DNA of 64,000 nt, taken from a candidate division WOR-3 bacterium (lineage in GTDB: Bacteria; Hydrothermota; 32-111). Below, one piece after another: positions 30,156-39,728 of this stretch. The notes under the pieces were generated by a model. It was not told the DNA's origin. It saw only the letters and a list, made by a program, of their open reading frames with translations, and made no database searches. The stretch is taken from positions 352,001-416,000 of the forward strand of contig JBBFKX010000002.1 of assembly GCA_037481815.1 (NCBI GenBank), written 5' to 3'. The stretch's first letter is position 1, and the number at the start of each line of letters is the position of its first letter. Made by a program: the position numbers and the translations under genes.

Positions 30156-30801
30156 AGACCTCTCCCATTATTTTTACAGAGTTTGAACTTCCTATCCTTG
30201 AAGCACCACTTCTTATCATTTCAACCGCTGTTTTAAGATCCCTGATCCCACCACTTGCTTTTATCTTTATTCTATCACCGCCAAGATTTTTAAAAAGTTT
30301 TATATCTTCAATTTTTGCTCCACCTGTTGAAAATCCTGTTGAAGTTTTTATATAATCCGCTTTACTTTCGATAAGAATCTCTAAAATCTTTTTCTTTTCT
30401 TCCTGATCAAGCAAACAGGTCTCAACAATAACTTTTAATATCCTATCACCACATACACTCTTTATTTTTTTTACTTCATCAAATATGTGATCATATCTTT
30501 TCGACTTCATATAACCTATATTCATAACCATATCGATTTCATCTGCACCAAGATCAATGGATCTTTTTGTTTCATGAAGTTTTGTTTCTATGTCGGTTGC
30601 ACCGAGTGGAAATCCAACAACAGTACAAACTTTTACATCACTATCTTTTAAAATATTCTTAGAATATTCAATATAACTCTGATTCACACATACTGAAAAA
30701 AACTTAAAATTTTTTGCCTCTTCACATAAACGTCTAATATCCTCAAAAGTTGCATCAGGTTTCAAAAGCGTATGGTCAATGTACCTGTTTAAATCTTTCA
30801 T
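30133..30801 (-). CDS. deoC: Deoxyribose-phosphate aldolase
   Basis: IDHTLLKP, VVGFPLG, GADEIDMV, KTSTGF, KASGGIR. Confidence 0.96.
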   Translation of the reverse strand: MKDLNRYIDHTLLKPDATFEDIRRLCEEAKNFKFFSVCVNQSYIEYSKNILKDSDVKVCTVVGFPLGATDIETKLHETKRSIDLGADEIDMVMNIGYMKSKRYDHIFDEVKKIKSVCGDRILKVIVETCLLDQEEKKKILEILIESKADYIKTSTGFSTGGAKIEDIKLFKNLGGDRIKIKASGGIRDLKTAVEMIRSGASRIGSSNSVKIMGEVYESCGDY

Positions 30802-31700
30802 CTATCAACTCCTTCAACTTTCACTATGTTACCGTTTAAAAAATACCAGATGTTATAATATTCTTGGTTTTTCAGTATCTCGATAACTATCATCCCATCA
30901 TATTTTTGATTATATTTTAGATTTCCACTTACAAAATAAACAGGATCTTTTTTATCGTCAACGGGGTTGATCAAAACTTTACCATATCTGAAAAAACTTT
31001 CCTTATCCCCGGGATAGAATCTGTTATAATCATAAAATTCCTGTAAAATTTTTTTTGCCTTTTTTGCATTGAATTTTATTTCTTTTTCAACATCTTTTTT
31101 GAACTCAAAATTCGCAAATTGAACATAAACTGGAGTATAATAATCTATGAATTCACCTTCAAGACCGTCCTCTCTGCTTTTCAAAATAGCGACACCATAA
31201 CCTTTATCTCCAGCATAACATGAATATAGGTCGATCACCTTCCCACGGACAACATCTTTTGTTATACCTTTTTCTTTTACAATACTTTTGTAAGTATAAG
31301 TTCCAAATTCATTTTTTTCCTTTTGATATTCTATTTTAATACCGATCGGAAGATCGTTACTCAAAAAGAAACTGTCTCCTACCATTTCACCTGAAAATCT
31401 CAAATAATCTTTTCCGTTTTTAAAATTAAAATTTTCACCATATTTTTCGAAAAAGATATTTTTTATGTCTTTTAGTTCTTTATAATCTCCTTCCTGTTTT
31501 GATAATCTCAAAAATAGTGAGATCTTTTTTGTTTCAAGGGAGAAAACCTTAAGTTCTGCGAAAGCATCACCGATCTGATCTATCGCCTCATAAAAAAAAG
31601 CGAAGTATTTACCATCATCAGAAAATCCAATAATCTCTGGTTCTGAACAGAAAATTGTAACAGCAAAAACTATTGTTAAAACAACATAAAAAATTTTCAT
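30798..31700 (-). CDS. Secreted hypothetical protein
   Basis: Signal peptide; IIGFSDDGKYFAF N-terminus; coupled to neighbours. Confidence 0.6.
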   Translation of the reverse strand: MKIFYVVLTIVFAVTIFCSEPEIIGFSDDGKYFAFFYEAIDQIGDAFAELKVFSLETKKISLFLRLSKQEGDYKELKDIKNIFFEKYGENFNFKNGKDYLRFSGEMVGDSFFLSNDLPIGIKIEYQKEKNEFGTYTYKSIVKEKGITKDVVRGKVIDLYSCYAGDKGYGVAILKSREDGLEGEFIDYYTPVYVQFANFEFKKDVEKEIKFNAKKAKKILQEFYDYNRFYPGDKESFFRYGKVLINPVDDKKDPVYFVSGNLKYNQKYDGMIVIEILKNQEYYNIWYFLNGNIVKVEGVDR

Positions 31701-33001
31701 TTTATTCTCCTTATTACAATTTTACCCGAAATATTTTTTAATAAAACCTCCTGTGGTGGAAAACCAGAAGAAATTTCAATATGTGATGGATCCACTTCAA
31801 ATTGCTTGAATGTTGGATCAACAGTATAAATAGTACCTCTGTAAAAAACGTTGTTCCATGCATGGTATAAAAATTCTCCCTCTGAAAAAACAACTCCCGA
31901 AACAACATTGACCCTAACATTTTTTGCGATAAGTATTGAAGCAAAAAGTTGAGCATGTTCAGTGCAATCACCATAAGAGTTTTTCAAAATCTGTGATGGA
32001 GTCAAAAGGCCGGAAAATATTTGTTTTTTTAATTTTTTGTTCACAAACTCCATACTCTTTTTTATGAAAACAAGAGTGTCGTTTTTGCTCTTTTTAAAAA
32101 TTTCGTTTGCAACAAGTGCTACAGAACTATCTGGTAAAAGGTAAAAAGAATCCTTAATATCTTCAAAACCTTTATTTGTTATTGATCTCCTAAAAACTTC
32201 AAGTGTGTCTTTTTTATGTATCTGTCTATAATTTGAAAGATTTTTATCTTTTATTCCATCAATAAGATATTTGGCATAATTATCCTTCCTGATATTTCGA
32301 AAATTACCTCTGGCTTCAATTTTAAAATAATCCAGAATGTTAAAATCTTCCTGTGGTTCCTCAACTTTTTTAGCCAACATCATCTCTATGCCCTGGTCAT
32401 TGAAAGATTTTACACATCTGTTATTTTTATCAAACCAGAGATAAAATGTTGAACTTTCAGTTTTTAAAAGATATTTCGATGTAACGATTTTGTCATCGAA
32501 TATTTCAAGAGATTCATTACCTAAATACCTGATATCAACCTTTTCAAGTTTCATATTCAAAGGATTAAATGTGAAAAGATTTTCTTTAAAAAATTTTTTA
32601 TCAACGGTTTCAATGTTGAACACGATTTTTTTGTTTCTTATATCGATAGTATCAGTTTTATCTTTACCTGAAAGATCTGTTTTTATAATCAACTTTTCTC
32701 CTTCTACAAAACCGTTTACATAAAAGGAAATATCTTTGCTGTTTATTCCGGTGAAGAATTTTTTAACATTCCAGTCTTCATCAAAAAATGATACAGAATT
32801 TGAAAATATTTCAATATCGTTACCATATATTTTGAACTTCATTTTACTTTTTTCTTCTAATTTTATCATACTATCAATAATTGTTTTATCTTCCTTAAAA
32901 TATCCGATCTTTTTCCCTCCAAGAAAAATATCCATAACCCTTTGTTCAGCAAAAAGTCCAGTAAAAAAGGTCAATACAAATATAAAAAGATATTCTCTCA
33001 T
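31697..33001 (-). CDS. Secreted transglutaminase-like domain protein
   Basis: GDCTEHA, YHAW, VDPT (Cys-His-Asp triad). Confidence 0.85.
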   Translation of the reverse strand: MREYLFIFVLTFFTGLFAEQRVMDIFLGGKKIGYFKEDKTIIDSMIKLEEKSKMKFKIYGNDIEIFSNSVSFFDEDWNVKKFFTGINSKDISFYVNGFVEGEKLIIKTDLSGKDKTDTIDIRNKKIVFNIETVDKKFFKENLFTFNPLNMKLEKVDIRYLGNESLEIFDDKIVTSKYLLKTESSTFYLWFDKNNRCVKSFNDQGIEMMLAKKVEEPQEDFNILDYFKIEARGNFRNIRKDNYAKYLIDGIKDKNLSNYRQIHKKDTLEVFRRSITNKGFEDIKDSFYLLPDSSVALVANEIFKKSKNDTLVFIKKSMEFVNKKLKKQIFSGLLTPSQILKNSYGDCTEHAQLFASILIAKNVRVNVVSGVVFSEGEFLYHAWNNVFYRGTIYTVDPTFKQFEVDPSHIEISSGFPPQEVLLKNISGKIVIRRIK

Positions 33002-36000
33002 TTTTTTACTACCTTTACATTTTTTAAGTATCTCTTTCCTTCCGAAAATTCACTAATATCTATATTCAAAAGATAAACTCCAGGAAGTAATTTTCTTTTG
33101 TTTTTTAAATCAATAAGTATACTGTTAAAACCCGAGTTAAAATTTTTTCTTCCCTCTTCCAGCATTTCTCCCTTATCGTTGAATATTTTGTATAATATAA
33201 AACCTGAGGAGTTCGAGTTGAATGTTAAGTAAAAGTTATCATTAAAAGGATTCGGATAAACCAGAATATTTTTCGTTAAATTTGTCTGTGGATGTTTTAT
33301 GAACACAGTTTTTTCATATTTTTTCAGATCATTGTCAAAAACAACAACCCTTAAAGTATCGATCATAGAATAAGCACTATCTATAAAAATTTCCGTCTTA
33401 AAAGTATCCTCTGAAACTATAAAATTGTTAACAACCATCTTTTTATCCTGGTTGATATAGACTGTTGGTTTAAAACCTGTTATATTTGCAAGATATACTC
33501 CTCTGTTTGAAACAAACTCTATTCCAAGTTTATATTTTTTTGAAGCAAGAACAGTATCAATGACTTCTGTCCCATTTACCTTTACAATAAGTTTAGCCAT
33601 TGAAACGGATGTATCTTTTTCAATTTTATAAAAGACCTTTTTGACTTTTGAATGTATAAAACTATCATCTTCAAAAACTGAAACAAGGTTCAACCTTGAA
33701 AGATATCTTTTATTTTCAAAGGTATCTGGTAATACGATCTGAAATATACTTTCATTTTTATTGTCTGAAATCCTTCTCATCACTCCATCATCCTTGACAT
33801 AATATACATAAGCGTATGGGTATGTATGAAGATAATCGTGTGAATCGACATAAAAAGGTTGATATATATCGAAAAAAACCTCTTCGTCATTTTTATTGTG
33901 ATAGGAATATCCTACATTACATTCTGTTCCAAGTGTTATGGTATCATCTGAAACCACATCGATATCGTATTTATATCTTTTCACAACCATCGATGGATCA
34001 CCAAAAAGTTGATGTGATGTATAGGTATAGTTGTTTTTGTTGATCATAGCAAGATAGTACTCTCCAACAGTTCTATAACCTCCATAAAGAAAAAGATCGT
34101 AGACAAAAGACAGATAAAGAATGTTTCTATTCTCATCAGCACCTGTTGCACGTGTTGCAGCGATTGTCGCAGAGAACCCTGAATATGGAAGGATTTGAAA
34201 ATCACCGGCGATACAACCATAATCGTTATCAAATTGGCCTGCCTGACATGTTCCAAAAAGAAATATTGGATATTTATAAATGTTATCAAAAAGATCAAGA
34301 TCTGTCGGATACTCCAGAAAATGTTCGTGTGTTAAAGAATAATATGACCCGTGTCCATAAAAGAATCCAAAATTCACTCCTCTCGAAAGTATATCCTTTA
34401 GCACAAATCTGACATCCCTTTTGAATCCGGGATTATAGGGCCAGTGATCGGTTTTTTCAAGATCTCCTTTGTAATCTGTAAGATATAACTTTTCTATCGA
34501 AAAAATATTTTCCAGAAGATTTGAAAGTTCCTCACTCGCATTTATAAAACTTATATCGTTAAAATCATTCGTTATTCTCGAACTGTATTCGTCATCAGAT
34601 ATCACAACACTTCTACTTTTCATATATGTTGGAGTTTTTGTCTCATAGTCGATAATCTTATTTAAAGCATAATACGCCTGGTCCTTTGTATAGACGGTCA
34701 TTCTACCAGGTATAATATCGATATAGTTATCTCCATCAAGAAGTGTATACCATCTATCAACACACTCTGATCTGTAGGAAGTAAGAAGTGCAAGTTTGTA
34801 AACACCATAACCTGTCTCATAAACTGGAACTACATTTCTATTTTCATAAGTGTTCAAACGGTTTTTATAATCGAAAGAACCTGCTCCAAGAAGAAGTAGA
34901 TAGTGGGGAAATTTAACCCATTTTTTTTGAGCATAGTAAAGAAAAGATTTTATCGAAGTAGGTGTCTTCATACCAAAAGAAAAAGCATTGTCTATCTGTT
35001 CGAATTCAAAAACTTTTACACTTAAACCATCTTTCTTTCGATACTGCACATAAGAGTTAACAATGTTTTTGTATCCTTTTCCAGTAATGACAAGTATATC
35101 ACATCCTTCATCAAAATCAAAAATTGCAGAGCAATCAACATATTCAATCTTATCAATCTTTTTCAGGTCCTTTGAAAAGTAGATTTCATCTGAGTTAAAA
35201 GTTTTTATATTCACATGTCTATTTTTTTCTAATTTTCCAAAATATGAATTTTGAACGGATGAAAGAAAGCAAAAAAGATTCTCTTCAGGTTTCACAGTTA
35301 AAATTTCTTTTTGATTGTGTTCAATTTTCAAATCCTCATCACCACCAAGATATGCTCTGTATTCCGGCTCTATAGAACATAGGTAAAACACTTTATTTTT
35401 ATTATCTGTATTAACAGGTATTATCCTTATAGAATTTTCTTCCTGAAAATTGGTGATATCAAATGAAAAACTTTTTGGAACCGTTGTATATGCACCCCGT
35501 GCAGAAGCTCTTCCAACAATTTTTCCATTCAGTTCAATGTCAATGTCAAAAGTGTCATTAAGATCTGTCTGAAAGAAAAATGAAATATAAAGTTTTCCAG
35601 AAGAATCTGCTAAGTTGTTTAACTTGAAATTCCAGAGATAATCTTGTTGTTCTGTTGAATCTTTATTTACAGAGAACTCCCGCCACGCCCATCCATATCC
35701 AGCCATTAAAGGATTTATTGAATCATATCTGAAAGTTATCAAAACATTTGCAAAAGAATCACCTTTTACACTATCGTATTCAAGATCATTGGTTTCCCAA
35801 AAATTTGAATCGTTAAAAATTAGAATATACTGGTTGTAATCTGTGAAAGGATTGTTATAAAGATCATACGAAAGATAAAAATTTTTTCCTTTTCCTTTTA
35901 TCGAATTACCATAAAAAACAAAGTATTCCCCCTTTTCAAAAGAATTGTCATCATCACCAAAAAATTTTATAGGAACTTTTATCGGATCCCTATGATAGAA

Positions 36001-36678
36001 CATGTTCGATGTATCAGCTGGAAGTACAAGATTTTTTCTTCTGTATAGACCTAAATGTTTAGGAGAAACAAATTCAGGCGTCAATCCAGCATTTTTCAGA
36101 TCTGTATAATCAAGGCGGTATATTCCATCATCCTTTATCTCGAGTTTTAGATACGATTTTATTTCTGTTCCATCAGATTTTGAAAAGAAATATAATTTGG
36201 ATGGAGATACATAATTGCTGTTTACACTAGTAGAGAGTAATGGATTATAAGAGCGACTTTTAAAAAGTTGATTTTTAAACTTTACCTCTATCGATATTTT
36301 TTTGTATAATTGAAGTATCTCTTTATCGAAATTATAAACCGGAAAAATTTTTAACTGCAAAATTCTCTGTTTTGAAGCGTAAACAAACTTCTTTTCATAC
36401 AACTTTGTGGTTTTATTCAAACCCGTAAAAAAATTTTTCCCATCTTTTATACCTTCACTTTTAACATATACTTCAATATCACCTTCCGGTACATTTATAT
36501 ATAAATTTTTTACAAGATAACCATTTTCATATTCAAGATCATAAAATGGTATTCCTTCATCAAAAGGATAATATTCAACTTTTACACTTTTTTCATCAAA
36601 ATTGCTAAGAATCTTCGAAAAATTTGTCAGAAAGAATAATAAAATAAAAACCAATATAAAAGTTTTATTTTTCATCAA
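32998..36678 (-). CDS. C25 family cysteine peptidase (gingipain/PorU-like) with T9SS-type CTD
   Basis: DGIYRL, YLLLLG..SFDYKN, GRM, FYGHGS (His), GTCQAGQFD (Cys), LFGDPS; C-terminal VYPNPFN...GVYLL. Confidence 0.85.
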   Translation of the reverse strand: MMKNKTFILVFILLFFLTNFSKILSNFDEKSVKVEYYPFDEGIPFYDLEYENGYLVKNLYINVPEGDIEVYVKSEGIKDGKNFFTGLNKTTKLYEKKFVYASKQRILQLKIFPVYNFDKEILQLYKKISIEVKFKNQLFKSRSYNPLLSTSVNSNYVSPSKLYFFSKSDGTEIKSYLKLEIKDDGIYRLDYTDLKNAGLTPEFVSPKHLGLYRRKNLVLPADTSNMFYHRDPIKVPIKFFGDDDNSFEKGEYFVFYGNSIKGKGKNFYLSYDLYNNPFTDYNQYILIFNDSNFWETNDLEYDSVKGDSFANVLITFRYDSINPLMAGYGWAWREFSVNKDSTEQQDYLWNFKLNNLADSSGKLYISFFFQTDLNDTFDIDIELNGKIVGRASARGAYTTVPKSFSFDITNFQEENSIRIIPVNTDNKNKVFYLCSIEPEYRAYLGGDEDLKIEHNQKEILTVKPEENLFCFLSSVQNSYFGKLEKNRHVNIKTFNSDEIYFSKDLKKIDKIEYVDCSAIFDFDEGCDILVITGKGYKNIVNSYVQYRKKDGLSVKVFEFEQIDNAFSFGMKTPTSIKSFLYYAQKKWVKFPHYLLLLGAGSFDYKNRLNTYENRNVVPVYETGYGVYKLALLTSYRSECVDRWYTLLDGDNYIDIIPGRMTVYTKDQAYYALNKIIDYETKTPTYMKSRSVVISDDEYSSRITNDFNDISFINASEELSNLLENIFSIEKLYLTDYKGDLEKTDHWPYNPGFKRDVRFVLKDILSRGVNFGFFYGHGSYYSLTHEHFLEYPTDLDLFDNIYKYPIFLFGTCQAGQFDNDYGCIAGDFQILPYSGFSATIAATRATGADENRNILYLSFVYDLFLYGGYRTVGEYYLAMINKNNYTYTSHQLFGDPSMVVKRYKYDIDVVSDDTITLGTECNVGYSYHNKNDEEVFFDIYQPFYVDSHDYLHTYPYAYVYYVKDDGVMRRISDNKNESIFQIVLPDTFENKRYLSRLNLVSVFEDDSFIHSKVKKVFYKIEKDTSVSMAKLIVKVNGTEVIDTVLASKKYKLGIEFVSNRGVYLANITGFKPTVYINQDKKMVVNNFIVSEDTFKTEIFIDSAYSMIDTLRVVVFDNDLKKYEKTVFIKHPQTNLTKNILVYPNPFNDNFYLTFNSNSSGFILYKIFNDKGEMLEEGRKNFNSGFNSILIDLKNKRKLLPGVYLLNIDISEFSEGKRYLKNVKVVKK

Positions 36679-36838
36679 GTTTTTTTGCCTTTTCTATCAA
36701 CATTACAGGAATATTGTTTTTTATTTCATAATATATACCATCTTTTTTACATATAAGAATATCCCTTTCCTCATCGTAGATGAGTTCTCCTTTACATTTC
36801 GGGCATATCAGAATATCAAGTAATCTTTTGTCTATCAT
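36665..36838 (-). CDS. Trm112/YcaR family protein (57 aa)
   Basis: MIDKRLLDILICPKCKGEL...LICKKDGIYYEIKNNIPVMLIEKAKKLDEK*; coupled to both neighbours; not in ORF track. Confidence 0.88.
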   Translation of the reverse strand: MIDKRLLDILICPKCKGELIYDEERDILICKKDGIYYEIKNNIPVMLIEKAKKLDEK

Positions 36839-37935
36839 TATTCCTCCTTAATATAAATATCTTTAAAATCAAATGGAAATTTATTGATAACAATAATCGC
36901 TGCCAGAACCTTTTCGTTTAAATCTTTTATCATCAAAATTTTGTTTATTTTTGTATACTTTGAATGAAATGAAAACTTTCCCAATTTACAAACCATTTCA
37001 TAATCTTCATCAAGATCAACATCTTTAAAATTAACATTGTACAGATCACCTTTTTTTTCAACAAAAAATTCTTTCCCATATATTGTCAACATCTTTTCCT
37101 CTTTTAAAACTGTGTTTCTCAAATCAAAATTCATGTAAAGGATATCGTTCCCTTCATTATCAGGCGATACATACTTGAATCTGTAGAATGAAAGAGAATC
37201 CTCTAAAAGTATGTTTACATCAAAATTAAATTTTTTGATATCAAAGTTCAAATAAACTCTGTTGTTCTGGATTTTTCCAAGATCAGATTGAACAAATCTT
37301 TCGTTCAGAATTTCAATATCTTTTCTGTTTCCAAACACATTTATACTCGTTTCAAAATATTTATCTTTAAATTTAATGTTTCCTATATCTTTGAATTGTA
37401 TATTAACCTGAAAATTCTTTTTCTCAACCAAAGTTACAAAAATTTTTTTCTTCTGAGGGTAATAGTAAAGAAAACCTTTCTGGAGATAGTTGGTAGGATC
37501 CATTAACGCTGTATTGACTTTGACATCAAAAATGTATGCTCCATTTTCAAAAGATTTCAATTCCATATTTTCTTTATCTATGATATTTTCTATAAAAAGT
37601 GGTATATCAATGATATCATCGGTTTCTTTTTTAAGATCTCTTCTTCTGATCCATTCTTCTCCCGTAAATATATGATCGTAGAAATTTTTCTGATCCAATA
37701 TATTAAAATAACCTTTTAAAGTGAACCTGTTTAAAGGATCTTTTTCACCTTTGAAGGAAACATCTAAAAATTCATGCTTTATCATGATATTGTATTCATA
37801 AGTTGATAGAAGTATATTTTTTATTTCGTTTTTGAGTAAATTTTCACTTTTCTGTGAAGTTATTTGAGTTGTATCATACTTTTTTACACATGATAAAAAA
37901 ATTAACAACAAAAAGATTGGCAAGAATTTTTTCAT
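36838..37935 (-). CDS. Hypothetical lipoprotein
   Basis: Lipobox FLSC. Confidence 0.65.
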   Translation of the reverse strand: MKKFLPIFLLLIFLSCVKKYDTTQITSQKSENLLKNEIKNILLSTYEYNIMIKHEFLDVSFKGEKDPLNRFTLKGYFNILDQKNFYDHIFTGEEWIRRRDLKKETDDIIDIPLFIENIIDKENMELKSFENGAYIFDVKVNTALMDPTNYLQKGFLYYYPQKKKIFVTLVEKKNFQVNIQFKDIGNIKFKDKYFETSINVFGNRKDIEILNERFVQSDLGKIQNNRVYLNFDIKKFNFDVNILLEDSLSFYRFKYVSPDNEGNDILYMNFDLRNTVLKEEKMLTIYGKEFFVEKKGDLYNVNFKDVDLDEDYEMVCKLGKFSFHSKYTKINKILMIKDLNEKVLAAIIVINKFPFDFKDIYIKEE

Positions 37936-38312
37936 AGTTTGAATCTTTTTGGAAAGAGTTCGGAAAATTTGTATTCTTTTTTTTCAGTATTCGAAAAAAG
38001 CACAATTTCAAAATCATCTTCAACAAACTCAGACATAACCTGCAAACATGCACCACATGGTATTGGAAGAATATCAGAGTCAGCATACACATAAATTTTT
38101 TTAAATCTTCTTTGACCATCCGTTATTGCGTTAAAAAGAGCATTTCTTTCAGCACAAATGGTCAGCGAATATGAACCGTTTTCTACATTAACCCCATAAT
38201 ATTCTTTCCCTTTTTCCGATATCAAGATCGAGGAAACTGAAAATTTTGAATATTTGGAATAACTATTTTTGGAAAGTTCTTTTAACTTTGAAAATATCTT
38301 TTTTTCATCCAT
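37932..38312 (-). CDS. cdd: Cytidine deaminase
   Basis: YSKYSKFSV, GVNVENGSY, CAERNA, PCGACLQ. Confidence 0.94.
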   Translation of the reverse strand: MDEKKIFSKLKELSKNSYSKYSKFSVSSILISEKGKEYYGVNVENGSYSLTICAERNALFNAITDGQRRFKKIYVYADSDILPIPCGACLQVMSEFVEDDFEIVLFSNTEKKEYKFSELFPKRFKL

Positions 38313-38318
38313 TATTTT

Positions 38319-38347
38319 ATTTTATATTGGATTTTAAGATAATTCAA
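38319..38347 (-). promoter_or_regulatory. sigma70 promoter, predicted leaderless cdd transcript
   Basis: TTGAAT-17-TAAAAT, then 6 nt to ATG 38312. Confidence 0.6.
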
Positions 38348-38366
38348 TAAGGAACTAAAAAAACTA

Positions 38367-38395
38367 TTGACAAAATTATCTGTTGGATTTAATCT
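38367..38395 (+). promoter_or_regulatory. sigma70 promoter for candidate sRNA
   Basis: TTGACA-17-TAATCT; predicted +1 near 38402. Confidence 0.65.
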
Positions 38396-38401
38396 TTTAT
38401 T

Positions 38402-38472
38402 GGAAGCAGGTCTAAAATTGTCGTAAACACTACACACTCAAAAAACGACAATCCTGCTTCCTCTTTTTTTTT
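38402..38472 (+). ncRNA. Candidate ~70-nt hairpin small RNA (family not recognised)
   Basis: GGAAGCAGG/CCTGCTTCC and ATTGTCGT/ACGACAAT stems, 20-nt AC-rich loop, U-tract, own promoter. Confidence 0.6.
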
Positions 38473-39727
38473 ACTCAAGCAAAATAAATTTAAAATCTTT
38501 CAAATATTTCAGAAGTGTTTTTGTAACTTTATCACTCTTCAAATTATCGAGTTCCTTTATGAATTTCATATCGTAATCATAATCACCAAATATCAAATAA
38601 TTGTAACCGAGTGCGAAACTTCTATTTGAAGTCCTTTCGTTATCGAGAAAAAATGATGTTTGATAGATATTCTTCATATCATCTATCTCTTCCTGTTTGA
38701 TTCCTTCCTTTCTTACTTTTTCTATTTCATCTCTATAAAGTTTTATAGCGGAATCAGGATAGAGTGTACTAACATAGAACACTCCATAGTTGACCAGTTT
38801 ATTTGAAGCACCAACATACGCAGCATAAGTTAATCCATGCTTGGTTCTCAATGTCTCATAAACTCTTTTCGAAAGTATCGAAAGTCCCACTCTAACAGGG
38901 AGATATTCTTTATCTTTAACTGATGGAATTTTAAATTTGCAACCAAGATATTTTGTTTGTAAACCACCTTTTTCATATTTTAAAATAGTGTCTCCTTTAC
39001 AGAGATCAAACTCTTTAACACCTTTTATTTTCTCAAATTTCCCATTTATAAACCCAAACTCTCTTTTAAAAAATTCTTCACTATCTTTGAAAGGAACTCC
39101 TGAAACAACACTTATCACAACTCGTCTGTTTGAGAGGATTTTTTTCAGGTGGTTATAAAGATCCTGTTCTTTCAGATTTTGCACCGTTTCAACATAACCT
39201 TCTGGATTTGAGATATATGGATGGTTTTTAAAAAAGTACTCGTTAAGTTTTAAATAGAGAAGTTCATCCGGATCCTCTTCTTTCGATTTGATCTCATCGA
39301 TCATTCTATTCCTTTCCTTTTCCAAAACGGTTTCAGAAAAATCTGGTTCTTTGAGATTATCAGCGAAAATTTTTGTAACATCAAAAAGGTATTTGTTCAG
39401 AGTTGAAAAAGTAAAGGACGAGTAGTCGTATGAATTATCATAGGATACATTCACAAAATACTTATCCATCAATTCATTCATTTCCGTTTCCGAATAGTTT
39501 TTACCACATTTTTCTATCATCCTAAAAATTATATTTTCTATGCCTGATTTTTCATAACCATAGTTAGCACTTCCTCCTTCAATAAATATTGATACAGAGG
39601 AAATATCATTTTCAGGAACATACTTGTATAAGAGTTCGAGATTTTTTGAAATCCTTTCTCTATAAACTTCTGAAAATGAAAAAATGAAAATCATTATTAT
39701 GAAAAAAACAAAAAATATCTTTTTCAT
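38471..39727 (-). CDS. M16 family peptidase, non-catalytic subunit
   Basis: M16-like sequence (GGS, HPY, LR..GLTY) lacking HxxEH; signal peptide. Confidence 0.82.
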   Translation of the reverse strand: MKKIFFVFFIIMIFIFSFSEVYRERISKNLELLYKYVPENDISSVSIFIEGGSANYGYEKSGIENIIFRMIEKCGKNYSETEMNELMDKYFVNVSYDNSYDYSSFTFSTLNKYLFDVTKIFADNLKEPDFSETVLEKERNRMIDEIKSKEEDPDELLYLKLNEYFFKNHPYISNPEGYVETVQNLKEQDLYNHLKKILSNRRVVISVVSGVPFKDSEEFFKREFGFINGKFEKIKGVKEFDLCKGDTILKYEKGGLQTKYLGCKFKIPSVKDKEYLPVRVGLSILSKRVYETLRTKHGLTYAAYVGASNKLVNYGVFYVSTLYPDSAIKLYRDEIEKVRKEGIKQEEIDDMKNIYQTSFFLDNERTSNRSFALGYNYLIFGDYDYDMKFIKELDNLKSDKVTKTLLKYLKDFKFILLE

Positions 39728-39728
39728 T

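Noticed and set aside
38402..38472. SRP (4.5S) RNA, prompted by GGAAGCAG and ffh in the window
   Set aside because: Lacks the CAGG...GNRA...AGCAG domain IV arrangement; GGAAGCAG here is in the closing stem.
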